DNA of 63,588 nt, the filler included, from Neolecta irregularis DAH-3 (taxonomy: Eukaryota), in NCBI GenBank assembly GCA_001929475.1. It is 14 parts of 14 records of this genome, joined end to end, with 100 filler letters (N's around TTAATTAATTAA, not from the genome) between each part and the next. Parts side by side here need not be neighbours in the genome. Positions count along the whole stretch, not along the records: positions 46,411 to 52,191 come from LXFE01000174.1; positions 52,292 to 53,467 come from LXFE01002452.1; positions 53,568 to 62,429 come from LXFE01000175.1; 11 more parts are not named here. One strand, 5' to 3'. The translations under genes and the position numbers were made by a program. Shown piece by piece: positions 47,692 to 58,237 of this stretch. The notes beneath the pieces were generated by a model. It was not told where the DNA came from. It made no database searches and was given only the letters and a program-made list of their open reading frames with translations. Within the stretch, counting starts at the first letter, position 1, and each line of letters opens with the position of its first letter.

Positions 47692-47830
47692 GGTCCGTTC
47701 CGCAAGAGTTTGTTCGAAAAGACCGAAACTGGCGCTTTTACTGACACTACTGTAAGTGATAAAAACAAAGGTCAGACGCAGCTATTTTTGTAGTAGTTTT
47801 GTAAGCAAGATAATATTTGGATTGTTCTAG
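47692..47830 (+). repeat. Degenerate duplicate of the 3' end and 3' flank of family copy C
   Basis: GGTCCGTTCCGCAAGAGTTTGTTCGAAAAGACCGAAACTGGCGCTTT vs 47236 GGTCCGTTCCGCAAAAATTTGTTCCAAAAGGCCAAAACTGGCGCTTT, followed by the shared AAAACAAAGGT.AGACG flank. Confidence 0.8.
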
Positions 47831-47915
47831 TAATTATGTTTGCTTTTGTAATCTATAATGAAATGTTAAAAAGTACTTATGAGGTATCCGTACACTGAGA
47901 TAACCAAACCCACCC

Positions 47916-48508
47916 AGCGATAACATTGGCGCTCCTAGAATTCTCAATGTCTCATGGGAAGATAAAGGTGGCCTGGTCAGCATTAAACAAGATATACTCG
48001 ATACAATTCAACTCCCATTACAACGTCCCGAACTCTTCCATTCCTGATGAAAAAGCGATCTGATATATTACTTTACAGGCCACCCGGGACTGAAAAAACA
48101 CTCCTCGTGAAAGCAGTAGCTACTACCTTTTCACTCAACGTTTTCAGTATAAAAGGATCAGAATTGTTAAATATGAATATTGGAGAATCTGAAGCAAATG
48201 TTGGCTGAGTATTTCAACGGGCACGAGATGCTAAACCTTGTGTTGTATTCTTTGATGAACTAGATTCGGTTGCTCCGAAACGAGGCAATCAGGGTGACAG
48301 CGGCGGTGTAATGGACTGTATTGTTTCTCAACTATTAGCTGAATTAGATGGAATGTCAACTACAGACGACGGTGGTGGTTGGAGCTACGGTCTAGATTTA
48401 TTTGATAGCGCGTTACTTCGACCCGGAAGATTTGATAAAATGCTGTATTGTGGCGTTTGTACAACTCATCAAGAACAACTCGGTATCCTACAAGCTCTCA
48501 CCCGAAAG
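47916..48508 (+). pseudogene. PEX6: PEX6 AAA-ATPase D2 fragment, decayed
   Basis: [31 protein letters not shown] [frameshift] [62 protein letters not shown]; stop at 48206, broken Walker A, deletion before LLRPGRFDK. Confidence 0.9.
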
Positions 48509-48584
48509 TACCTCCCCCTAGCAGAGTCAATAGACTAAATTGTACCGTCAATCCACGTAAGAATCCACATTCAAGAAACAGGTT

Positions 48585-49209
48585 TCAATCCATTCTCAAT
48601 CCGCGAAATTTCATCCAAATTAAGCTACCCATCGTTAACAATCTACTACAAAACACACGAAAAGAGATTACCCTAGCGAGTACTTTACCCTTTATTAAAC
48701 CAAGAGGAACAGGTCCATAGTCTCGCGAATCAATCGAATTCGACAAATTATCACCGACAATCCACACGTGGCCTTGAGGCACCTATATCCAATCAAAATA
48801 CTTTACTCGAAGCTGATACCTTGACACACTTCATTTTAGTCTGACTCGGATCAAAAAATACTACATCATTCGGCTACCCACAATCTCAGCAATCATCATA
48901 ATCTGGGTTTTCCCTTCATACCATCCCAATTATCCGCTTAGATACCAACACACCCAACTTTCTCGGCGATTCCGAAATAATGATATCCCCAACCCGACAA
49001 TCTCGTCCATTTTTGTACCGTATTTTATCCACAAATAGGTAATCGCCAACGCAATTTAGAGTAGGTAACATTGATGCCCCGTAACATAACTCAATATCGA
49101 AAATGTGGCCGCAGAATAACTGAACTGCACATCCCACTTTCAACGTCAAGCTAATCGCTTTACAAGAGCGTTTGTAGATGCTTTTGAACTTGGGATATAT
49201 CGATGTCAT
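48585..49209 (-). CDS. IMP1: Mitochondrial inner membrane peptidase subunit 1 (S26, multi-exon)
   Basis: GASMLPTLN (catalytic Ser), VSKRIIGM (Lys), [34 protein letters not shown]. Confidence 0.88.
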
Positions 49210-49579
49210 TTGAATGACAAAAGAACAAGAACCGTTTGATCGCTGGGGAAAAAGAAAAGAGGAGTATCGTGATCAGCGCGTTTGCCAAAAATAATTACCA
49301 GAGTGGAATAATAATTTGGCATTGGTGGCGTTTTTGAGTGCCTCACAGCATCCCTGGAATCGATTTGATGATTATTTGTATGTATAGTAAAATAAGTCTC
49401 TCTTCCCTTCTCCTGGGTGTATAGAAGCTTAAAAGGGGAAATTGGTGTCGCAAGCGATAATTCCGGAAAAAGATCTGATCGCCAAAACATTGCTTTTCCT
49501 GGGAAACTCGAGGTTCTCATCCTTTTGATCCGCCTCATCGTTCTACATAGGCTCACCTTTTGTCCAATTAAAAAAGGGC

Positions 49580-49800
49580 CATTTTGCAGCGGTAGCGCGG
49601 GGAGTGGGGACGGCCAAGATTGCAAGCGGGTTATTGGACAAGACTTACGAGTAGCTGTGGCGAGTGTATTCTGTGCAGATGAAGCTGGACAACAAGTTTC
49701 TGCCGTAGAGTCTGACGATTATGGAAGTGAGAGAGTTGACGAGGGAAACCGATAATAGGGACGGGGTGAATGTGCTGTTTGGGCTGGACATGCTGAAGGA
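49580..49800 (+). pseudogene. DDI1: DDI1 retroviral-like aspartic protease domain fragment, decayed
   Basis: FAAVARGVGTAKI/LWRVYSVQMKLDNKFLP*SLTIME/..VNVLFGLDMLK matches Ddi1 RVP; two intron-like gaps (49622-49654, 49727-49758), TAG at 49706. Confidence 0.75.
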
Positions 49801-49953
49801 GCTGGCGATAGGACAAATTATCAAAATGACGCTTGCAGATGAAGCAATCAAGTAGGTGAACACCCTTTTCGAGTTGGTATTACAGACATTTTTGGCAGGA
49901 CAAATGGCATTTCCAATTGTAGCATATTTTTATACAATTCCATATTTCCTTTT

Positions 49954-51233
49954 TCATAAGACATAATTTTGAACATACCACCCTGCTGCAATTGCAACAA
50001 ACATTGCTCCAGCGCTCAACAAGACGTGGGTATTACTCATTTGCTTATGACCATGCCTTCTAAGGTCTTTGATGGCTAATAGAAGCATCTCATCGCCGTA
50101 GCTCAACGTCATATTGTCCTCTATAGGAAGTCTAGAGCAACTGTGCTGTCCAATTCGGCGCCATTCGCCGAATGAGTTTGGCGGGTTTTGGGTGAAGAGA
50201 TCGCTTGCAGATTCAATCAAATCTTCAAAGGGGAGATTTGGCGGAATTCTACTGAGAACCGAATGCAGGATATCGTGATCATCTTGAGAAATATCGAGTA
50301 TTTCTTTTCGCCGATAGATTAAAATCTAAAAAAGTTAAATTAGAGTCCTCCGGCCGCGCAAGACGCACAATTGCCAAAAGATATATAGGCATCAACGGAT
50401 TTGAAGCAAGGAAGAAGTCAAAAAGTCTAGTGGCTGTTTCCAAATCCAGTATCTCATGGGAAAATAACGTCAGGAAAGGAGCAAGTGCGTAATGGGGCTC
50501 GACTTGAGATATATGATGACCTAGACGATAATCTGCTGCTTTCACCAGGGACGGAAGAAGGGAGAGGTAGGCCAGAACCGGCGAGAGATTCGGAAGCATA
50601 CAATCTACACTCAGACATTTTTTAGCAAAGATAGCAAGTACCTCGAATGTGAAAGAGCACAAAGTGGTCTATAATATCCGTGGAGGTTTTATAACCGCAT
50701 GTGAGAAGAAATACAGATGCAATGTCATGGAAGCCCTGGCCAATAAACCATTGCGGTTGAGGACAGGTGTACCTGGAAATACGATAATCCAGGGTGTCTC
50801 CTCAAAACCTGGACAATGAGTTCATTCAATTCCGTCTTCTTATTTTCTAGTTCTAACGGCGATAGATCTGTCGATATATTAACGTAATAAAGAAGAAAAT
50901 CCTACCGTTCGGATAATAAATGAACGACCTCTTCACGTCCAGGTCGACCTGTTCCTCCTGTTCATTGGGGACAATATTTCTCCATTTGTTTCCTGCCTCA
51001 TGATTTTCGGGAACTCCTAGCAGTAAAGGCCGGCGATGAGCCTTTATTCTTTGTAATGGATTCTGATACCAAGCTTGACGTCTGAAGCCATTGTGGATTA
51101 ACCCTCCGTCGGATAAACACAGCTGTTGCAATAATGGCCGATTTCGATTGGTGATTGCATCCGTGATTGTTTGTAGCCTATGTGCTCTGGTTTGTGTTTT
51201 CGTGCGTTTGAATCTTCGGGGTATGGGTCCCAT
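49954..51233 (-). CDS. TBC-domain Rab GAP, Gyp8/TBC1D20-like (multi-exon; possible extra 5' exon to ~51368)
   Basis: GGLIHNGFRRQAW/PLLLG, EEQVDLDVKRSF, YFQ/GFHDIASVFL, FLTLFSHEI..RLFDFFLA..PLMPIYL, C-terminal TM anchor. Confidence 0.85.
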
Positions 51234-51650
51234 ACTGATTGGAGGTGGTTGACTGATTTTGAATTTATCACGAGAGGTTGATTCCTATATTGCGAAACTC
51301 GTCCCGATGATTGATAACATATTCACAGTTTCATAAAACTGGAGGATGTGGATCTTATCATATGACATGAAACTTAAGTATTGTACCATTCATTCTTTTT
51401 GCGGTCTGGAGGTGAGATATTGCCAAGATGTCCGCTTCAATCATAACATCGAATTCTTGTATGTCACACAATACTAGTATGAATGAGACAATCTATCAAT
51501 CGAATCAACTGACAATCTAATCCAGCTACTTGGTACACATTCACATAGATGACATGCATCAACCGGCGATCTTCTATGAAATGAAAGCGATGTACTTGTA
51601 ATTAAAACACCTCTTTAACAATATATCACAAAGGAAGTACTGATGCACCT

Positions 51651-52191
51651 CTAGTGCTCACGGACCGAAAGTTTTATTGGTAAAGCACGTCTCTTTGAAA
51701 TAAACAAGTCCTCCAGTCCATATGGTTCGTCCTTGTTCACCAAATCACCATTAAAATGAAACACAAATTTCGCCAGGAACATTCGCATCTCGATATATGC
51801 CATGTTTCGACCAATGCAAGCCCGTGGACCATAAGAGAAAGGGTTAAGCGGGTCTAGCTGAACGTCTTCTTCAAGCCATCGTTCCGGTCTGAACGTGTAC
51901 GCCTCAGGATAGTATCGATCGTCATAGTGAATTGTCCAGGTGTGAGTACTGATCTGGGTGTCTGGAGGAATAACTTGATTCCCGATGACAATTCCATTTG
52001 ATCCCACGGTTCGTGGAAGACCGCCTTATAAAGTCAGAATAGTCTCTCATTGTTGAGTACCTGGGACTGGAGGAAACATTCGCAGGCCTTCTTCTATGCA
52101 TGCGTTGAGATAAGGAAGGTCTGTTAATTTTGCGGAGAGAATGTCCTCAGTTTTGGCAAAGTTGGAAAGTATTTCGTTGGAAAGTTTATCC
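51651..52191 (-). CDS. Cytochrome P450, C-terminal fragment
   Basis: LPYLNACIEEGLRMFPP (ExxR), FRPERWL (PERF), PFSYGPRACIGRNMAY (heme Cys). Confidence 0.92.
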
Positions 52192-52291
52192 NNNNNNNNN
52201 NNNNNNNNNNNNNNNNNNNNNNNNNNNNNNNNNNNTTAATTAATTAANNNNNNNNNNNNNNNNNNNNNNNNNNNNNNNNNNNNNNNNNNNN

Positions 52292-53423
52292 GAAAGGGCA
52301 CTCCGTTTAAGTGGGAGACTGCCCAAGAGACTGCATTTCAAAAGATTAAAGATCTAGAGGTTAGAACACCATGGTTGAAACCGATAGATGATAAAGCAGA
52401 TAAACCTATATGGGTAATCTGTGACGTGAGTGATTCTGGGATCAGCTGTATCCTTGCCCAGGGGATAGACTGGCATTCAGCAAGACCCATGTCATTCGAG
52501 AGTCGGCAGTATACGTCTGCAGAAGTGAACTACCCGACTCATGAAAAGGAGATGCTGGCCATTATTTTTCCACTCAAAAAATGGAGACACCATTTAATCG
52601 GCCTTCCTTTTGTGTTACTAACAGACCACGAACCGTTAAAGCATTGGTAAACGCAAACTCATCTCTCGCGCCAGCAGCTACTATGGCTCGACTTCTTGAG
52701 TGAATTCGATTTTGACCTACGTTATATCGAAGGTAAGGTTAACATCGCGGCTGATGCGTTATCACGATATACATCTGAGGATACTTGTGAGGATCAATAT
52801 TTAAAAGAGCAGGGGAAGCCCACCTCTTATACACATTGATTCAGACAAACGAACTTGGAGATCTACGAATCACAAACTATCGATAATACTATTGATAGGC
52901 CAGAACAATTACCAGCAAGTTTCACAAAGGCGAAGACAACTACGATCGGACAGAACGACACTAGAAGCGACTCAGGAGACAATTTGTTATACGACTTGTG
53001 GGACGAGACCGGTCGAGAACAAATTAAAATAACAATCGGCTTGGGAAACGGGATGAAAGAGGCAATGGGGCACCCAGAAACAAGGAGTGTGGCGGAACCG
53101 ACCACAAAGGAGGAGTGTGGTCGGAGCAAGGAACCTAATGAGCTGGCGACCGACAACACTCTGCCTCAAACAACACCATTAACAGATACCATTTGCAATC
53201 TTGCTTCAGCTCAAATTTTGCCTATGGAGATAACGGAAATTGTGGCCGCATACGAGGATGATCCTGTCCTCGGTCCGGTAAAGGCGAATCCCGAACGATT
53301 TTCAAATTATATAAAGAGGGACGAGCTCCTCTACATCAACCAACGCCTCTGCATTCCTCCCTTGTCTTCTGTTCTATCCCACCTCATCCACGCCTATCAC
53401 GATGTAACCAGCTCCTCTCTATA
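52292..53423 (+). mobile_element. Ty3/gypsy pol remnant (RT C-term/RNase H, start of integrase), disabled
   Basis: PFKWETAQETAFQKIK, CDVSDSGI, NYPTHEKEMLAI, TDHEPLKHW* (stop 52648), [25 protein letters not shown], later YEDDP..LLYINQRLCIP..YHD. Confidence 0.9.
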
Positions 53424-53784
53424 GAAGCTGATTAGTGACGATATGTGGAGCTTCTGTGCTCGCTGATNNNNNNNNNNNNNNNNNNNNNNNNNNNNNNNNN
53501 NNNNNNNNNNNTTAATTAATTAANNNNNNNNNNNNNNNNNNNNNNNNNNNNNNNNNNNNNNNNNNNNCATCGATTATAGAAGAAGTCGAGGAGGAAGTTG
53601 AAGATGAGGTATTAGAGACCTCATCTAATGATTCATTCATAGAAGTAGGGGATTGCGTGGGTCGCAGAACCCGATCGCATGCATAGCGCCGGCGGAGCCT
53701 GACCCAAAGCCCCATAAACCACGTTATCAAAGCCAGGTTTTTAAGTCTTATTTCCGAATTGGTCCATGAGCTGAAATATTACTA

Positions 53785-54452
53785 CAGTCAAACCTGGCTA
53801 TAGGGAACCTCCGTATAACGAATTACCCGTTATAACGAATCAATTGATTTGTATGGGGTTTAACGAATTTAAACCATACTACGAAGTTCGTAAGATTAAT
53901 GCAAGATTCACTATAAAAAGAATACATGAAATGCCCCTCTGCTATTACAAATGAGCAAAAGATTGCTCTGCGTACCCACCCCTGCGGAGGCTTGGGCTTA
54001 GCACACATGGGCCTGAATTTGCAGTCGGCAGGGAGGCAGGTTAGGCAACTGCCCTGAACACACTGCCTATTTAAGCCGGCGCTAAGCCCAAGCTAGTGGC
54101 GTAGTCCATCCGCAACACTGCCCGGCCCCGGCCCCGGCCTGGCCCCAGGATTACCACTTTTTGAATCCAAGCAAGAGATCCTGAAGTGGATTCATTAGAT
54201 AACATCTGGTTATGTTGTAATAGAAGACATGATGTTGCGACTTTCTCTCGTAGTCAAGGTAGATGTGATCAAAAATGGCATATAAATCATATTATAGATG
54301 GTAGGATCGGGTTATTTTTCTCTCCAATTCATTTGGTATGGATTTGCTTGGATCTTGTTTATTTTCTATTTGACTATCTCCATACAACGAATCCTCGTTA
54401 TAACGAACTGAAAACGCTGCCAAGCCACATTCGTTATAAACAGGTTTGACTG
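53785..54452 (+). mobile_element. Second internally deleted pogo-type element with unrelated internal sequence
   Basis: TA|CAGTCAAACCTG...CAGGTTTGACTG|TA; left ~200 bp and right ~300 bp homologous to 41864-42671; 53981-54149 replaced by a GC-rich hairpin and hAT-like end. Confidence 0.88.
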
Positions 54453-54786
54453 TATCATGAACAGTCCGTTATGTACAGTAAACATTTGATCTACGTGCTT
54501 TCTCAAGAATTGTTCCTCGTATGAAATCGGTTTCCATAGACGTGGCTCCTTTGATAGTTAATCATGTTCATCCTATTGGGTAATGCAGCTTTATAATTCC
54601 AAAGCTTTGGAAATTAGGCAACTGAGAGTAGTAAATATCTTTGGAAACCATTGAGTGTGTCATGCAAAATTCCAAGCCATAAGCAATGTTCATTCCCAGA
54701 TTGTGTGGAGGAAATACATTGAAATATAACAAATAGATCAAATATCGTACCGGGATCAAGAAGTCATCAGTGATGCTGCATGTACT

Positions 54787-56167
54787 TTATTTTTGCATCC
54801 GTTCGACTTGTCCCTTTCCAAGAACTTTTGGCCACATTTTCCTGCGTATGTAGTCCCGAAGGACTCCAAATTCATCATCAGCAGATATGTAGGGATGGTC
54901 GTAAACAAATGCTGTCTCGCGCTCAATTTTTGTGCCATCAACGCAAACTTCTGGGAGGTCAAAAAGCCCTGAATGAAATTGGGGAGCTAATGGGGTGACG
55001 GAGATGTTGGCCATCTTGAGAATATCGCTCCAGGTCGAAAGGATTTCGTCGTCCATTTGCGAGTAATACTCTCCTGGCAGAAGACGAGAGCGAACGAACT
55101 CAACCTTGATTTCGTGGACTTGACTATACAGCATAGCCATGTTGTATAGTCCTAAGTCCTGAGTCAAACTCAAAGTAACAGCATACGCAAATCAGATTTA
55201 TCCGCGAGGTTGAAAACTGGGGCAGTCTTATGAATCGGCTCGTACCATCTGGCAAGATGGATCATAGCTTTTGAAACGTCCTTTACACTAACTTGATGCT
55301 GTCTTGATCATTGGGAAACTGTTCAAATGGAGTGTCGATACCCTATCTCTGGATCTCCTAAAAGTACTAACTTGGCGCCTTTGTATTTGTAAATGTCAGC
55401 AAGAATGGGCCATGTATTCAAATTAGCAACCTCGACAAGGGAACGGAGACGTATATACAAGCTTCAATAGGACCGTAAGGACCATATACTATAGCAGGTC
55501 GGAGAATTACCAGGTTTAACCTAAGAATCATCAGTTAGAATTGACAACCAGTATTACCCCTGTCCTTTGAGTTTCTCAAGCTCAAGTTCTGCTTTGTACT
55601 TCCACCTTCCCGCTTTAGTGGTTGGTCTGACGCCAGATCCTTCTTCAAACTTGAGCTTTCCTGTTGGTTCATAGACCTAGGCAAATCAGCATCTCTGTGT
55701 TGGGCCTACAGTAATCTAACCAAATAACTGCTAAGGTGAAGAAAGAATTTGACTCTCAATTGTGCTGCTTTCTTGGCGGGTAGGACTGAAGCCCTTAATA
55801 CGGCATGTTCGTAGACCTGGATAATCAATCCAGTCAATCTCAGTTATCCGCAAACTTTATCATCTAAATTTGCCGGTACATCAGGACCCACGTTGAATAC
55901 CCAATCCCAGTTCTCGAGGGAGAATACTCTTTCAACATGAGCTGTCATATAAGCCATGTAACGAAGGCATTGCATACTCGGATTCCCCATATCTCCTTGA
56001 ACATAATAGGGGATAATGGCGTCCTCAGAGGCAGCATCCAAGAATGATACTTCAGGAACTCCTTTGTCCACGACACATAGTTTCGAAGCGACGTCATGTT
56101 GCTTGATATACTGGCAGAAATGGCGGCCTTTGAATGACAGTCCACCAATAACAAGAATTTTCGCCAT
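54787..56167 (-). CDS. NAD-dependent epimerase/dehydratase-like extended SDR (multi-exon)
   Basis: MAKILVIGGLSFKGRHF..VVDK..VQGD, later LRPAIVYGPY, DVSKAMIHLA, WSDILK..TPLAP..VDGTKIERETAFVYDHP. Confidence 0.75.
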
Positions 56168-56764
56168 TTCAAATTCCGGGCAATCAAATGGAGCCCAAGA
56201 GGTCTTGTAAAAAGGAGAAGATATAACGCAAGCCTTTAAGTGCATAGCTCATCTCCGGCAGGGATCATCCCAAACAGACGATCATCCAAAGTCTGACCAC
56301 GCGAAAATCCTGAACAGCTTACACTTACCTCCGCCAATACGCCGATCGTTAGGAAACTCTAGCAGAGGAGGAATGAAATTCAAACACAGTGACAAGCTTT
56401 TTCGTCTCACTCCATCCGGAAAAGTCGGCGAGGATAAGTATGTGGCTGAAGCGAGGATCAAAGTGTGTTTCGGCAACAATTCCCTTTCGGTCGATAAGCA
56501 GCCGATATAACTTTAACATCCGATGATAGGAATCGTTGCAAAGTTGTCCGGGAATTCATCCGCTCAACGAGCAGCATTAATAGTTCTGCAGAATCAATCA
56601 TCTTGACTTGCACAGTCTGGTTGCAGTTTTGACATATGAGATCTGCTTGGGACTTCCCTCAACTTATTTTCCCAAGTAAATTTTGGGTATATTGAATCAA
56701 TACATCATATTTATAAATACAGAATAATTCCAACTCAAACCAGTATCTTCATGCAATATCTTCG

Positions 56765-57806
56765 TCAAGCTTTTGCCAACAAGACATCGCTCTGGTTGTT
56801 CAGTTGTACGTACTGATTGGTTGGTTGATTTCTCTTCGGAAGAGACCACATGTCAAGGTTTCTATTGGACAGGCCGAGATATCTAACAATATTAGATCAA
56901 CGGTACTGAATGGGGGCGACTTACAGGTACAAGACAAGAACAATCAGAGTCGGCATTTCATTAAAGAACAGTCCGAGACCATCAACATTATAGCTGCGAC
57001 TTCCATAATTAAGGAACACCGCACGAGATATGAGCCAAACTAGCCGGATAACAAACAATGGAGCAACACCCCATGCAAGGACTCGAGTGACCTTCAATTA
57101 GAGTCATGTTTGGTACGGAGAAGAATAGAACCTTGTCTCTGGAGGACCGCGTTTGCCAATAAAGAATTTGCGAAGCGATGATCGCAGTTAGAAGAGAGAG
57201 TACCCAGATTATAACAGTTGCAACCCAAGCTGTGCCCGCGATCAGTAGACCATTTCTCGGATCCAACGACACTATGGTATTGGCTCTATTGAGAGATTTG
57301 ACTAATTTCCGAATTTCGACGAGAGAGGCGATGGTTCCAACCAGATTCAATGCAGCCATTAAGAACACCATGGACCACATGAAGAGAGCAGTGCTCCTGG
57401 TGTGCCGAGGATGATTGGCATGCAGGACTCGACGACGATGTTGCCATAAGTGGAACGCAGCGGCGACCCAGAAGATGTCGGCGAAATTAACAAACATAGT
57501 TCCCAAAACTTCGAGGATGACGAGACCTTGTCCCCAGTTGTTCTTGTGGTGCCTTAAGCTGGTTACTCGCACTAGCTTGAGCAAAAGACCGCAGCCGAGA
57601 CCTTGCCAAGTCAGATGCGATTAGAAGGACTATACAAAATGAAATAAGAACCGGCCATGTGAATGGTCCTCGCCCCTGTTTATTAAGTGCAGCTGGAGTT
57701 GTCAGACAAGGTTATGGAGACGCTTACCAATCGCCGAGCCAAACAGGACGAAGGAAACTCCAAACTGGACGGCATATAGCACAATGGTCACAATATAAGC
57801 AAGCAT
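56765..57806 (-). CDS. Seven-TM orphan membrane protein (multi-exon, ~300 aa)
   Basis: Spliced MLAYIVTIVLYAVQFGVSFVLF../FTWPVLISF/CLGCGLLL../..ADIFWVAAAF../..VAPLFVIRLVWLI..FFNEMPTLIVLVLY..; seven hydrophobic segments counted by eye. Confidence 0.65.
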
Positions 57807-58237
57807 AGTGACAGGTGTACAGGTTGAACCGCCCAATGTGGGAGAAAAGAATATATATATATCATGAGGCCGGATGCGGCACCTTGCTAGGAGGGCTTGG
57901 TTAGTCTTCGAATGCGGCGAAGGAATCTATGATAAACGGAATAGGATTAGAGTATGTAACATGACGCAAGAGGTAAGAAGAGGGCCTAGCAGGCCTTATC
58001 CGGAGTGGCTTGATGTTTTGAGCCGCATGCACCGAAACAAGCAATATTTACAATGGAGGATGGAGTTGGCAATATTTGGTTTTGCGAATATAACCCAATA
58101 ATCGAGTTCTACAGGAAGGAAAAAGCTGGAGGTTCATTATCAGACACATCTCTGACAGTAATGTTTGATCTGCGGTATCTTGCGGTGGCCACCAGACTGC
58201 CATTGCCATTTCTTGCCCCACGCCGGTGCTACCCACC

